From: Verrucomicrobiota bacterium
GTDB taxonomy: Bacteria; Verrucomicrobiota; Verrucomicrobiia; Limisphaerales; Palsa-1400
NCBI GenBank assembly: GCA_049510745.1
Contig: JBEKYR010000018.1
Span: forward strand, 27,584 to 91,583
DNA: 64,000 bases
Direction of reading: 5' to 3'
Shown: piece after piece, positions 27,723 through 37,954 of the stretch
Position numbering within the stretch: the first letter of the stretch is position 1
Layout of the letters: every line of letters begins with the position of its first letter
Program-made: the position numbers and the translations under genes
The notes under the pieces: generated by a model
What the model saw: only the letters and a program-made list of their open reading frames with translations
Told to the model about the DNA's origin: nothing
The model's database searches: none

Positions 27723-30635
27723 ATGAAATGCCATGTTCCGATTCGGTGTGAAGCGCCCTCACGGCGCAGGGGAAAATTGCGCGGATTTCTGGCCGCGGTC
27801 GGCGCGGTCTTGATTTTCAGCAACTCCGCCGCGCTGGCCCAAAGACAGGTGGTCCACGGGCACGTCCCGGCTGCCGCGGCCGGCCTTCGGGCCATCGGTG
27901 GGCTGGCGGACTCAAATCGGATGGAGTTGGTCATCGGCCTGCCGTTGCGCAACAGGGAGGCGCTCACCAATTTGCTCAATCAGCTTTACGATCCCGCCAG
28001 CCCCAATTTCCACCGATACCTGGCGCCGGAACAGTTCGCGGAACGGTTCGGGCCAAGCGCGGAGGATTATCAGGCCGTGATGGACTTCGCCGCGTCCAAC
28101 GGCTTGCGCGTCACCGGCACGCATCCCAATCGCACGCTGCTCGATGTCAGCGGGACGGTGGCCGACATCCAGAAGGCGCTCCATCTGCATCTGCGGACGT
28201 ACCGGCATCCGGTGGAGGCGCGCTCGTTTTTCGCGCCGGATGTCGAACCGTCATTGGACCTGGCCGTCCCGGTGCTGGCGATCAGCGGATTGGACAGTTA
28301 TATCATTCCGCATCCGCGACTCGCCAGGGCCGGCGCGCGCGATCCGCTCGCGCCGCGCCTGGGGTCGGGCTCGGGCGGGACGTATATGGGGAACGATTTC
28401 CGGGCGGCGTACGTCCCCGGCACCTCGCTGACCGGCGCGGGGCAATCGGTCGGCCTGTGGGAAGGGGACGGCTACGTCACCTCGGACATTACTTCGTATG
28501 AAAGCCAGGCCGGCCTGCCGAACGTCCCGCTGACCACGGTGTTGATCGACAGCGCCACTGGCAGCGCCGGCTCCGGCGCTTCCGAAGTGTCGCTGGACAT
28601 CGAGATGGCCATTTCCATGGCGCCGGGCCTGTCGCGCGTCATTGTCTATGAAGGGCCGAACGTCAATAATATAACAATCCCCAACGACATCTTAAACCGC
28701 ATGGCGACGGATAACCTGGCCGAACAATTGAGTTGTTCGTGGGGGTTCGACATCGATTCGAACACCGAACAGATTTTCCAGCAATACGCCACGCAGGGGC
28801 AATCGTTTTTCCTGGCGTCGGGCGACAGCGGGGCGTTCACGGCGTCGGGCAACCCGGTCAGCCTCAGCCCGCCGTCGGACGATCCGTACATCACGGTGGT
28901 AGGGGCGACGACCTTGAGCACGAGCGGGCCGGGTGGAACCTGGGACTCGGAAACGGTGTGGAATTGGTTTACGACCAGACAAGGAAGCGGCGGGGCCAGC
29001 AGCGGCGGCATCAGCACGAGCTATTTGATTCCGAGCTGGCAGGCGCCCGTCAGCATGGCGTCCAATCAAGGCTCCACCACTTACCGCAATCTCCCCGATG
29101 TGGCGATGGTTGGGGACAACATCCGGGTGATTTATGGCGGCGGGCAGACGGGCGACTTTGGCGGGACCAGTTGCGCGGCCCCGCTCTGGGCGGCGTTCAC
29201 CGCGCTGGTCAACCAAGACCGTACCAACAATTTGCGGGCGCCCGTCGGATTCTTGAATCCGGCCCTTTACGCAATCGGCTTGGGCGCCAATTACGGATCG
29301 GCCTTCCATGACATCACCACGGGCAACAACACCAATACGGCCACCCATACCCAATTTTTTGCCGTGCCTGGTTACGACCTCTGCACCGGCTGGGGAACGC
29401 CCACGGGCACCAACCTGATCAACCTGCTGGCGCCTCCGGGCACCACGCCGAATCTGATCGGCGCGGCAACACTGCTGGCGGAAAGCTGCCTGCCCACCAA
29501 TGGGGCGGTCGATCCCGGCGAAACGGTCACGGTCAACCTGGCGCTGACGGACCTGGCGGCGGCCAGCACCACCAACCTGGTCGCCACGTTGCTGGCCAGC
29601 GCCGGAGTGCTCGACCCCAGCGGCCCGCAGTCTTACGGCTTCGTCCCAGGCGGCGGGGCGGCGGTGAGCCGGCCGTTCACTTTCACCGCCAGCGGAGTCT
29701 GCGGCCAAACCATCCCGGCGGTGTGGCAGCTTCAGGACGGGACAGCCAGTCTGCGAACCGTCACGGTCAACTTCGCGCTTGGCGCGCTGGTTCCCGCCAC
29801 CATTTTTTCACAGAATTTTGACGGCCTCACTGCACCCGCGCTGCCAGCCGGTTGGAGCACTACCGCGTCCGGCGCGCAGGTCAATTGGGTCACGACCACC
29901 GCCAGCGCCGATAGCGCGCCCAACTCGGCTTTTGCGACCGATGTCGGGGCCTCCGGGCTGGCTTACCTGACCGCGCCGGCCATTTCGATCCTTTCTTCAA
30001 ATGCCCAAGTGACGTTCCGGCAGAATTACAACTTGGAGGTTGTGACGACGACTTCGCGCCATCATGGGATCGTGACGACTTTCTACGACGGCGGCGTTCT
30101 GGAGATGGCCATCGGAGCGGGCGGTTTCGCCGATATTCTGTCCGCCGGCGGCAGCTTTGTGACGGGCGGATACAATTGCACGCTCTACAGCGGGTCGGGC
30201 AACCCATTGGGAGGGCGCTCGGCCTGGGGTGGCGATTCCGGCGGATGGATCACCACCACGGTCAACCTCCCGGCGGCGGCCGCGGGCCAGAGCATCCAAC
30301 TGCGCTGGGGATGCGGCACGGACGAACTCAACGCGACATCGGTGACCGGCTGGTATGTGGACACGATTTCCCTCCGGGACGCTTCTTACGCCTGTTGCAG
30401 CGAACTGATCCCGCCCTCCCTTGACCCGGCCGGCATTGTCGTCACCGGCGCCGGGTTTTCCATTTCGTTCCAAAGCGTGGCGGGCCTGAATTACACCCTC
30501 CAATACAAGAACTTCCTCACCGACGCCCATTGGACAACGCTGCCCGCCTCGACGGTGACGGGCACGGGCGGGGCCATCCTGCTGCAAGACAACACCCATC
30601 AGTCGGCGCGTTTTTACCAGGTTTTGTGCAATTGA
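27723..30635 (+). CDS. S53 (sedolisin/kumamolisin-like) secreted peptidase with pro-domain and C-terminal beta-rich domains
   Basis: Pro-kumamolisin region (YLAPEQFAERFGP), SEVSLDIE, ASGDSG, PDVA, GGTSCAAP, GYDLCTGWGTP. Confidence 0.9.
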   Translation: MKCHVPIRCEAPSRRRGKLRGFLAAVGAVLIFSNSAALAQRQVVHGHVPAAAAGLRAIGGLADSNRMELVIGLPLRNREALTNLLNQLYDPASPNFHRYLAPEQFAERFGPSAEDYQAVMDFAASNGLRVTGTHPNRTLLDVSGTVADIQKALHLHLRTYRHPVEARSFFAPDVEPSLDLAVPVLAISGLDSYIIPHPRLARAGARDPLAPRLGSGSGGTYMGNDFRAAYVPGTSLTGAGQSVGLWEGDGYVTSDITSYESQAGLPNVPLTTVLIDSATGSAGSGASEVSLDIEMAISMAPGLSRVIVYEGPNVNNITIPNDILNRMATDNLAEQLSCSWGFDIDSNTEQIFQQYATQGQSFFLASGDSGAFTASGNPVSLSPPSDDPYITVVGATTLSTSGPGGTWDSETVWNWFTTRQGSGGASSGGISTSYLIPSWQAPVSMASNQGSTTYRNLPDVAMVGDNIRVIYGGGQTGDFGGTSCAAPLWAAFTALVNQDRTNNLRAPVGFLNPALYAIGLGANYGSAFHDITTGNNTNTATHTQFFAVPGYDLCTGWGTPTGTNLINLLAPPGTTPNLIGAATLLAESCLPTNGAVDPGETVTVNLALTDLAAASTTNLVATLLASAGVLDPSGPQSYGFVPGGGAAVSRPFTFTASGVCGQTIPAVWQLQDGTASLRTVTVNFALGALVPATIFSQNFDGLTAPALPAGWSTTASGAQVNWVTTTASADSAPNSAFATDVGASGLAYLTAPAISILSSNAQVTFRQNYNLEVVTTTSRHHGIVTTFYDGGVLEMAIGAGGFADILSAGGSFVTGGYNCTLYSGSGNPLGGRSAWGGDSGGWITTTVNLPAAAAGQSIQLRWGCGTDELNATSVTGWYVDTISLRDASYACCSELIPPSLDPAGIVVTGAGFSISFQSVAGLNYTLQYKNFLTDAHWTTLPASTVTGTGGAILLQDNTHQSARFYQVLCN

Positions 30636-30699
30636 ACGGGTAACGGCCGCGCGCGAACGGCCGGGCGGCGGCGCGCCAACTGCGGTTGGGGCGGCTGGC

Positions 30700-31644
30700 T
30701 CACGGCGCGAAATTCGCCAGCTTGCGCGCGATCCCGGAAAGCTGCGCCTCACGGCGGTTGGCCAGGATGATGACGCTCAGCCTCTTGTCGGGAAAACGTT
30801 CGATCCGCGTGGTAAACCCACACGTCTCGCCATGATGCCAAAGACGTCCCGCCTCAACAAACCAACCGAAACCGTAACCGTGGCCCCAGTCAGTGAAGGC
30901 CTGCCGCAACCACGACTGGCCGATCAGTTTTTCCGTGTAGAGGGCCTGGTCCCATTTGAAAAGATCGGCGACCGACGAATAAATGCCGCCGTCGCCCAGC
31001 ACCGCGCTGGTCAGGCTTTGGTCTGTCAACTCGAAAACATCGCCGCGCCTGGTGTAACCCATCGCGCGGCGGGGCACGTCGGAAACGCCCGCTTCGTAAG
31101 CCACCGTGTTGTTCATTTGCAGCGGCGCAAAAACATGCCGCCGCAGGAATTCGGCGAAGGTCATTCCCGAGACGGCTTCGACCACCAGCGCCAGCAGGGC
31201 GTAGCCGCTGTTGCTGTAGCGGAACCGGGCGCCGGGCGGAAAATACGTCCTCTCCCGCCCGCGCAAAAGTTCCAGGACATCCCGGTCCTTCACCGGCGCG
31301 GTCGTGTCCGCGGGAATCAGCTCCTCGTAGTCCGGCAAACCGGAGGTATGCGTCAACAATTGGCGGATCGTCACCCGGTGGAAGCCGGGAAAAAACCGCG
31401 GCAATTCGTCGTCCAGCGAGAGTTTTCCGCGAGCGGCCAGGAGCAAAACGCAGAGGGCGGTGAATTGTTTGGTGACAGAGGCCAGGCGGAAGTTCGTTTC
31501 GGGCGCGCAGGGCGCCCTGGTTTCCAGATTGGCCAGGCCGTAGCCCCTGGCCAGGCGGACCTCTCCGTCCCGCGCCACCAGGACGGCGGCGCCGGGGACA
31601 TCGGGCCGGTTGAAATCGTCAAACAAAATGTCAATCAAGCTCAC
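30700..31644 (-). CDS. serine hydrolase (beta-lactamase class C-like)
   Basis: ASVTK (SxxK), LLTHTSG, YSN, HHG; probable GTG start. Confidence 0.88.
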   Translation of the reverse strand: MSLIDILFDDFNRPDVPGAAVLVARDGEVRLARGYGLANLETRAPCAPETNFRLASVTKQFTALCVLLLAARGKLSLDDELPRFFPGFHRVTIRQLLTHTSGLPDYEELIPADTTAPVKDRDVLELLRGRERTYFPPGARFRYSNSGYALLALVVEAVSGMTFAEFLRRHVFAPLQMNNTVAYEAGVSDVPRRAMGYTRRGDVFELTDQSLTSAVLGDGGIYSSVADLFKWDQALYTEKLIGQSWLRQAFTDWGHGYGFGWFVEAGRLWHHGETCGFTTRIERFPDKRLSVIILANRREAQLSGIARKLANFAP

Positions 31645-31761
31645 GCGCGCGGGCGATCCTATCTGAAATCGAACGGTCGGCGCCATTGCGAAAAGCACCG
31701 AATTTCCCAGTTTGCGATTGACTCCGGCCCGGCGGGACTAAACATGGTGTAATCAATTGAT

Positions 31762-32217
31762 ATGAATTTGAATGAAACTCAACGGCAGAGGGTGGCCGCC
31801 TGGATCAATGAGGGCCTCAAGCTGGCCGAGATTCAAAAGCGGCTGGAAACCGAGTTCGGGTTGCGCGTGACTTACCTGGACGTGCGGTTGCTGGTGGATG
31901 ATTTGAAGCTCAAACCCAAGGACCCCCCGCCCCCGCCCAAGCCGCCCCCGCCGCCGCCAGACGAATCGGAGGACCTTTCTCCGCTCGCCTCCCCCACAGC
32001 GGGCAAAGTCAGCGTCACGGTGGACCAACTGACGCAACCCGGCGCGCTGGTCAGCGGCAAGGTCAAGTTCAGCGACGGAAAAACGGCGGATTGGTTTCTG
32101 GATCAAACGGGCCGCCTTGGCCTGGCTCCCGCCCAGAAGGGTTACAAGCCGGCCCCGGCCGATTTGCAGGAGTTCCAGCGCGCGCTGCAAAACGAGTTGC
32201 AGAAATTGGGGCTGTGA
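31762..32217 (+). CDS. hypothetical protein with Pro-rich linker
   Basis: Clean ORF with host codon bias, directly upstream of pgl. Confidence 0.75.
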   Translation: MNLNETQRQRVAAWINEGLKLAEIQKRLETEFGLRVTYLDVRLLVDDLKLKPKDPPPPPKPPPPPPDESEDLSPLASPTAGKVSVTVDQLTQPGALVSGKVKFSDGKTADWFLDQTGRLGLAPAQKGYKPAPADLQEFQRALQNELQKLGL

Positions 32218-32223
32218 ACGCCG

Positions 32224-32943
32224 ATGCCGCGCCTTTTCTCCTTTCCCGACGGACAGGCGCTGGCCAGGGCGGCCGCCGGGGATTGGCTGGGCTTGTTGGA
32301 GAGATCTTCCGGCCCGTGTCTGGCCGCCCTTTCCGGCGGCGGCATCGCCCGAGATTTTTTCGCCGCGGTGACCGCGCTGGCCGGGAAATCGGGCGCGCCG
32401 CTCCAGGACGTTCACTTTTTCTGGGCCGACGAACGTTGCGTCCCGCCCAGCCATCCCGACAGCAATTTTCTGCTGGCGAACGAAAACCTGTTGCGGCCGC
32501 TGGGCATCGCGGCGGATAAAATTCACCGGCTCAAGGGAGAATTGCCGCCCGCCGAAGCGGTCGCGGAAGGCAACGCCGGCCTGCGGCGGCTGGCGCCCAG
32601 GAGCGCGGAAGGCATTCCCATTCTGGACATCGTGTTTCTCGGTCTGGGCGAGGACGGCCACACGGCATCGCTCATGGCCAACGCGCCGGCGGCAGTGCGG
32701 GAATGCCGCGAGCCATACGTCCACGTGGCCAACTCGCCCAAGCCGCCGCCCCATCGCATCAGCCTGACCTACCCGATGCTGGCCGCCGCGCGGGAGGTTT
32801 GGACGCTGGTTTCGGGCGCGGGCAAGGAGACGGCCTTGCGCGAGTCGATGCGGCCCGGCGGGAAAACGCCCTTCGCGCGCGTGCTGCGGGAGCGGGCGGA
32901 GACGCGAGTTTATACGGACCTGCAAGACCTGGCGGCGGCGTAA
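32224..32943 (+). CDS. pgl: 6-phosphogluconolactonase
   Basis: ALSGG, FWADERCVP...SN, LGLGEDGHTASL, PKPPPHRISLT. Confidence 0.92.
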   Translation: MPRLFSFPDGQALARAAAGDWLGLLERSSGPCLAALSGGGIARDFFAAVTALAGKSGAPLQDVHFFWADERCVPPSHPDSNFLLANENLLRPLGIAADKIHRLKGELPPAEAVAEGNAGLRRLAPRSAEGIPILDIVFLGLGEDGHTASLMANAPAAVRECREPYVHVANSPKPPPHRISLTYPMLAAAREVWTLVSGAGKETALRESMRPGGKTPFARVLRERAETRVYTDLQDLAAA

Positions 32944-32995
32944 CTCACCCTGCTTCGGCATCCGCTCGTAAATCGTAAATCCGCCCAATATTAGT

Positions 32996-33832
32996 TCACG
33001 CAAGCTGCAATTTTGACCCTGCTCGCGTGGTGTCGTCGTGAAGCTTTAGAATGGATTGAACTTGCGGATGGACGGTGGCATTCCCGATTTGGCTGCGGAA
33101 TTCGCAGGTCGCCCAGTTGAAGGAGAAAGACTGATATTGCGCCTCCCATTTTTGAAATCTCTGTTCCGCTTTGGGATCCAGCCACGGCCAGCGATCGGGT
33201 TTGCTGCGGACGCCGCAGCGCCACGGTTTTGGGGTGAGCCGGGCGCGGAAACATTTCTGGGTCTTGCAAAGTTTCCGGTAAAGCGGGTCAGCCCCCAGCG
33301 CCTCAAACACCCCGTCGGCGACATCCGAGGCCGCCTCCACCAAGCCTTGCGTCGCCAACAAACGCAATCCGGCGCGGGTTCGGTAAATCCGCCATCCCCA
33401 TTGGGGATTGTTGCGCGTCCAGCTCTCGATTTGTGTCATCGCCACGTTTTGCGCGTCAACTGGCGGCTTAAAGTCTGGTTTCCCAAAAAATCTTTTGAAA
33501 AACCCGCCGAAGCCTTTTGGTTCAGGCAAATCAATATCGACAAACATCACGCGGGCGGTGTTGAGCACCGAGCAGCCGTAGGAATTGCGCGTCACCACCC
33601 CGGCGATTTCACCCGCCTCGTTCTTGATCTCCTGCAACACCTGCTCGCGAAACGGGCGGTCCGGATAATAACCCCCGTGTTTGGGTGGATAGTCCCCGGC
33701 TCGAAAACGATCCGCAAGCTGTTGGGCGGCTTGATTCGCGAGCGATTGCGCGTCGGCGATGCTTGCGGAAGACCAGCGCCAGCAAGAAAAACTTCCACTC
33801 TTTCCCCTGGCCCAAAATTCCGGGAAATTCAT
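32996..33832 (-). CDS. hypothetical protein
   Basis: ATG 33832 MNFPEFW...; motifs RNSYG.VLNT..VMFVDID, YRTRAGLR, QKCFRARLTPKPWR. Confidence 0.7.
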   Translation of the reverse strand: MNFPEFWARGKSGSFSCWRWSSASIADAQSLANQAAQQLADRFRAGDYPPKHGGYYPDRPFREQVLQEIKNEAGEIAGVVTRNSYGCSVLNTARVMFVDIDLPEPKGFGGFFKRFFGKPDFKPPVDAQNVAMTQIESWTRNNPQWGWRIYRTRAGLRLLATQGLVEAASDVADGVFEALGADPLYRKLCKTQKCFRARLTPKPWRCGVRSKPDRWPWLDPKAEQRFQKWEAQYQSFSFNWATCEFRSQIGNATVHPQVQSILKLHDDTTRAGSKLQLA

Positions 33833-34065
33833 GCCGTAAAAAATAAGATTACGACCAAGTGGCGGCAAGCCTTTTTCGCCGGGCTCGAATCGCCTTTTTT
33901 GGCTGGACCACGCATTCCGACAAAAGCGTCGATGATAATGTTCGTGTGGGCCTGGAACGTCGTGCAACCGCGCGGCACCGGAATCCTGTTTTGTCCACTG
34001 CATTGTTCCTGCACCGCTTGCCACCTCCGATTGTCCCCTTGCATCGTTTCATAGCTGACGGCAGT

Positions 34066-34962
34066 TTATGCATTTAACCGCGCAATCCACGCAGCGATTT
34101 CGTCGTGCCGCTCTTGTGTCCGAAGCTCCGAAGAACCAACTGGATACTTGTCTAGGATTCCGCTCAGAATCCGAGCCTGCACATCTGGTCTGCTCTGCGA
34201 GAGAATCTGGATGAAGCGCGCGCGTGTTGTTCCAGTGTAGCTGTCTGGATCGATGTCCAGATCGAGATCAAGGTAGAAGTCGCGGTGCTTCTGGTAGCTG
34301 AAGTCACAAAGGTAGCCAGCACTCACGCCGATGTAACGATTTACGACCTTGTTGATTTCCAACTTCGTCAATCCCCGATTGGAATCGGTGCTCGGCTCAA
34401 TCGTACACCTTGCGGGTTCGCTCTGGGTGCGTGGAATCATTGGGATTGATTGAACAGAAGGCTCGCTTATTTCGACCGAGGTATCTTGCGCTGAGTTGGC
34501 TCCGAGTGGAGAGAGTGTTTCGGGTAACAGATTTGCAGCCACCGCCTCTGTGGCGACCGGTCGGCAAGCCTCGATGAGTCTCCCGTACTCTTGCTTGCTC
34601 TCTTCTTGGAGCCAGTTGATGTGAAGGAATTGCGCCAGAGAGCCTTTGACGGGGGTGCCGTCGAGTCGCAGGGGAATGAACCGACGCTCCTTGTTCAACG
34701 GGTCGCGGAAACGAAACGTGTGGCTCTCCAATTGCGCCCACTCAGATCCGAATGCACTCGCCGACATGCAGAGCACAAGAACACGGGAGTGCTCCAACCC
34801 TTCCTCGATTTTTGCCGGAATGCTGTCGCCAGGGCGGATTTCCCAGTCATCGAACCACACGCGCAGGCCGTCCGAACGCAACCGCTCCGCGATAGTGCGA
34901 ACGATTACCTTGTCCTTCGAACTGTGGCTCAGGAAAACATCGTACTGGAATTCCGCGGACAC
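34066..34962 (-). CDS. TIR domain protein fused to an abortive-infection-type domain
   Basis: YDVFLSHSSKD, VWFD, SEWAQLE (catalytic Glu); C-terminal 'VVNRYIGVSAGYLCDFSY..H..FY...DIDP..Y.GTTR.RF'. Confidence 0.8.
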   Translation of the reverse strand: MSAEFQYDVFLSHSSKDKVIVRTIAERLRSDGLRVWFDDWEIRPGDSIPAKIEEGLEHSRVLVLCMSASAFGSEWAQLESHTFRFRDPLNKERRFIPLRLDGTPVKGSLAQFLHINWLQEESKQEYGRLIEACRPVATEAVAANLLPETLSPLGANSAQDTSVEISEPSVQSIPMIPRTQSEPARCTIEPSTDSNRGLTKLEINKVVNRYIGVSAGYLCDFSYQKHRDFYLDLDLDIDPDSYTGTTRARFIQILSQSRPDVQARILSGILDKYPVGSSELRTQERHDEIAAWIARLNA

Positions 34963-35043
34963 GATTTGATATTAAGGCCAGGAACCCACTTGGCAAGCAA
35001 TTCGCGGCCCCGTCTGAACCGGCGCAGCCTCTGGTTTGGAATG

Positions 35044-35139
35044 AACCGCAAAGTTCGCAGAGATCGCAGAGCAAGAAAGATTTGCCGGCCAAAAAAACCA
35101 TAACTCCTTGTCTCTGCGTTCTTTGCGCTCTCTGCGGTT
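35044..35139. repeat. REP-like inverted repeat of 9-bp units
   Basis: aaccgcaaagttcgcagagatcgcagag ... ctctgcgttctttgcgctctctgcggtt. Confidence 0.7.
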
Positions 35140-35155
35140 AAATTCATCTTTTCGG

Positions 35156-35713
35156 TCAGGGCACTCCGGGGCACGTGCCGAGCGCTCGAGCCGCATTGAC
35201 GGGTGAGTCCCAGATGAATGATTCGGGATGGTGAGATGAGGCGTCCATCTTGCTCTCTAAATCACGGTTATATCTTGACTTCCGGATTGATTGCCGGGTT
35301 TGCAAAAGGCCCTCCCGTTCAATCCGTTGAAACAGGGTGTTTTTTGCCGCATCCCCCTCCAAACTCATTTGACTGGAAACATCCGCCTGTGGCGCGCCAT
35401 CGCCGGCGCGCTCCAGCGGGCGGGAGGCTTCCACCGGATAAGCATTCGCGGCATCCTCCCACCAGCCGCTAGCGCGCCCCGGCGGGCGGGAGGCCTCTGC
35501 CCGGTTGCCGGAATGCGCCACAAAAGACTCCCCAATCGACGAATGGGCGTTTGCCTGCACGGAAATGGCCGGGGAGTTTTGCTCCGGCTTCGCGGGCGAC
35601 TTCAGCGCCGGGCGGGGAAGCGATTGGGCGGGGGCGGCCGATGAATTCGTCTGTCCGAAACAAACCGGGGAAGGCACAACCAACGCCCACGCGACAAGGA
35701 GAGTCCCTTTCAT
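35156..35713 (-). CDS. hypothetical secreted protein
   Basis: MKGTLLVAWALVVPSPVCFGQTN signal-like start; low-complexity body. Confidence 0.45.
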   Translation of the reverse strand: MKGTLLVAWALVVPSPVCFGQTNSSAAPAQSLPRPALKSPAKPEQNSPAISVQANAHSSIGESFVAHSGNRAEASRPPGRASGWWEDAANAYPVEASRPLERAGDGAPQADVSSQMSLEGDAAKNTLFQRIEREGLLQTRQSIRKSRYNRDLESKMDASSHHPESFIWDSPVNAARALGTCPGVP

Positions 35714-35938
35714 AACGCGCCCCTGACGCCGGAGGCCATGTCCAAACGGACTGTCATAAGGCCCAATATACCTTTCAGCGAAATGCACTGTCAAACCCAC
35801 GGCGAGCGACAGGGGCGCTGAGGGCGCATCCCGGTTTCTGGCAATCCTATGGTCGATGAGAGATCATGACTGGCCGCCGTCAGGCGGCGGCAAAGAAACC
35901 GTTGCGCCGCAACGCCAAACCGCGATAGATTACGCCCC

Positions 35939-36991
35939 ATGCTGCAAACTGTGGAGAACCCGCGGGCCTCGGAAACGCCCCCGTCTTTTCCCGCGCAATT
36001 TTTGAAGGCTTTTCGCTTCATGCTCCTGGCCCGCGTGCTGGACGATAAAATCGCCAGTTTGGGCCGGGCGGGCAAGATTCACGGCGGCGTTTTTCTCGGA
36101 CGCGGGCAGGAGGCCTTGAGCGCGTCGGTCGGAATGGCCCTGCGCCGCGGCGATATTTTCGCGCCGCTCATCCGCGATGGCGCCGGACGCCTGGCTTTCG
36201 GCGAGCCGCTGCTCGACTCCGTCCGCACTTATCTCGGCTCCGCTCTGGGCCCGATGCGCGGACGGGACGGCAACGTGCATCACGGCCGCCCCAGGGAAGG
36301 ATTGTTGCCGATGATCAGCCATTTGGGGGCGATGATTTCGGTGGTAAACGGCGCGTTGATGGTGCGGCGGTTCAAAAAGATCGAGGGCGTGGTGGGAGCG
36401 GCCTGCCTGGGCGACGGCGGCACGTCCACCGGCGCGTTTCACGAGGCCTTGAATCAGGCGGCTGTGGAACATCTGCCCCTGGTGCTGGTGGTGGCCAACA
36501 ATCAATACGCCTATTCCACCCCCAACAGCCGCCAGTTTGCCTGCCGGGACCTCTCCGATAGAGCCATCGGTTACGGCGTCACGCCGCACACGGTGGACGG
36601 GACGGAGTTGGAGGATTGTTTGCGCGTGCTGACCACGGCGGTGGCCCAGGCGCGCGACGGGGGCGGCCCTCAACTGGTCGTCGCGCAGTTGCTTCGCCTC
36701 TGCGGACACGGCGAGCACGACGACGCCCATTACGTCGATCCAAAGCTCAAGCAATCGGCCCTGGGACGGGATTGTTTGAAAGTGGCCGAGGAGCGGTTGT
36801 TGCGCGAAGGATGGGCCGATGCCAAAGCGCTCCGCGCGCTGCGCCAACAGGCGATGCAAGAGGTCGAGGACGCCGTGGTCCAGGTTCAACGGGAGCCGGC
36901 GCCGGACCCGTTCAAGGAAAACTGGTGCGCGCTGGCCTCGCGCCACCTGAGCGAGAGGTTCGAAACTCCGCCACCCCCCGGCCCGCCATGA
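35939..36991 (+). CDS. 2-oxoacid dehydrogenase E1 alpha subunit
   Basis: GQEA, ThDP motif GDGGTSTG.FHE.LN...NNQYAYS, RLCGHGEHD. Confidence 0.9.
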   Translation: MLQTVENPRASETPPSFPAQFLKAFRFMLLARVLDDKIASLGRAGKIHGGVFLGRGQEALSASVGMALRRGDIFAPLIRDGAGRLAFGEPLLDSVRTYLGSALGPMRGRDGNVHHGRPREGLLPMISHLGAMISVVNGALMVRRFKKIEGVVGAACLGDGGTSTGAFHEALNQAAVEHLPLVLVVANNQYAYSTPNSRQFACRDLSDRAIGYGVTPHTVDGTELEDCLRVLTTAVAQARDGGGPQLVVAQLLRLCGHGEHDDAHYVDPKLKQSALGRDCLKVAEERLLREGWADAKALRALRQQAMQEVEDAVVQVQREPAPDPFKENWCALASRHLSERFETPPPPGPP

Positions 36992-37953
36992 GCATCACCT
37001 ACCTGGAGGCGATTCGCGAGGCGCAAGCCAAGGCGCTGGCCGACGATCCGCGTGTCTTTATTTACGGACAGGACGTGGGCGCTTTCGGCGGCGCGTTCAA
37101 AGCGACCAAGAAGCTGGCGCAGGAATTTCCCGGCCGGGTGCTCGACGCGCCGATCAGCGAGGACGCCATCGTCGGCGCGGCCATTGGCGCGGCCATCGAA
37201 GGAATGCGCCCGATCATCGAGATGCAGTACGCCGATTTTTCCACGCCGGGTTTCAATCAAATCATCAACCATGCGGCCACGCTCTATTGGCGCACGCGGG
37301 TGCCCTGCCCGATCACGATTCGGATGCCATCGGGCGGCCTTTCCGGCGGCGGGCCCTTTCACAGCCAATGCCTGGAGGCGCTTTACGCGCATTATCCGGG
37401 CTTGATCGTGATGACGCCCGCCACGGTCGAGGATGCTTACAGCATGTTGCTGGAAGCCGTGGCCATCGACGACCCGGTCATTTTTTGCGAACACAAACAT
37501 CTTTACTATCACCTCAAGGCGCCCGCCCTGCCGACCGACGCGATGCCGGTGGGCAAGGCCAGGGTCGCGCGCGAGGGCCGGGACCTGACGATTGTGGCTT
37601 ACAGCGCCATGCTGCACGAAGCGCTGGCCGCCGCCGAGGAGATTGCCGGCGAGGGCGCGGAAATCGAAGTGGTGGACTTGCGCTCGATCAAGCCGCTGGA
37701 TACCGACACGGTGGTCGCCTCGGTGGCGCGCACCGGGCGGCTGCTGTGCGTCGGGGAAGCCTTCCCCTGGGGCGGGGTGACCGCGGAAGTCATCGCGCGC
37801 GTCGCCGCCGAGGGATTTGACCTGTTGGACGCCCCGCCGCAGCGCCTCAACGCCAAAGACACGCCCATTCCCTACCATCCCAATCTTTGGTCCGTTCACC
37901 GGCCCACCGCGCGCAGCATCAGCGCCGCCGCGCGCAACCTGTTGCGAATGTGA
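36988..37953 (+). CDS. 2-oxoacid dehydrogenase E1 beta subunit
   Basis: GQDVG.FGG.F, DAPISE, GGPFHSQ, VVDLRS; ATG at 36988 overlaps the alpha stop. Confidence 0.92.
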   Translation: MSITYLEAIREAQAKALADDPRVFIYGQDVGAFGGAFKATKKLAQEFPGRVLDAPISEDAIVGAAIGAAIEGMRPIIEMQYADFSTPGFNQIINHAATLYWRTRVPCPITIRMPSGGLSGGGPFHSQCLEALYAHYPGLIVMTPATVEDAYSMLLEAVAIDDPVIFCEHKHLYYHLKAPALPTDAMPVGKARVAREGRDLTIVAYSAMLHEALAAAEEIAGEGAEIEVVDLRSIKPLDTDTVVASVARTGRLLCVGEAFPWGGVTAEVIARVAAEGFDLLDAPPQRLNAKDTPIPYHPNLWSVHRPTARSISAAARNLLRM

Positions 37954-37954
37954 A

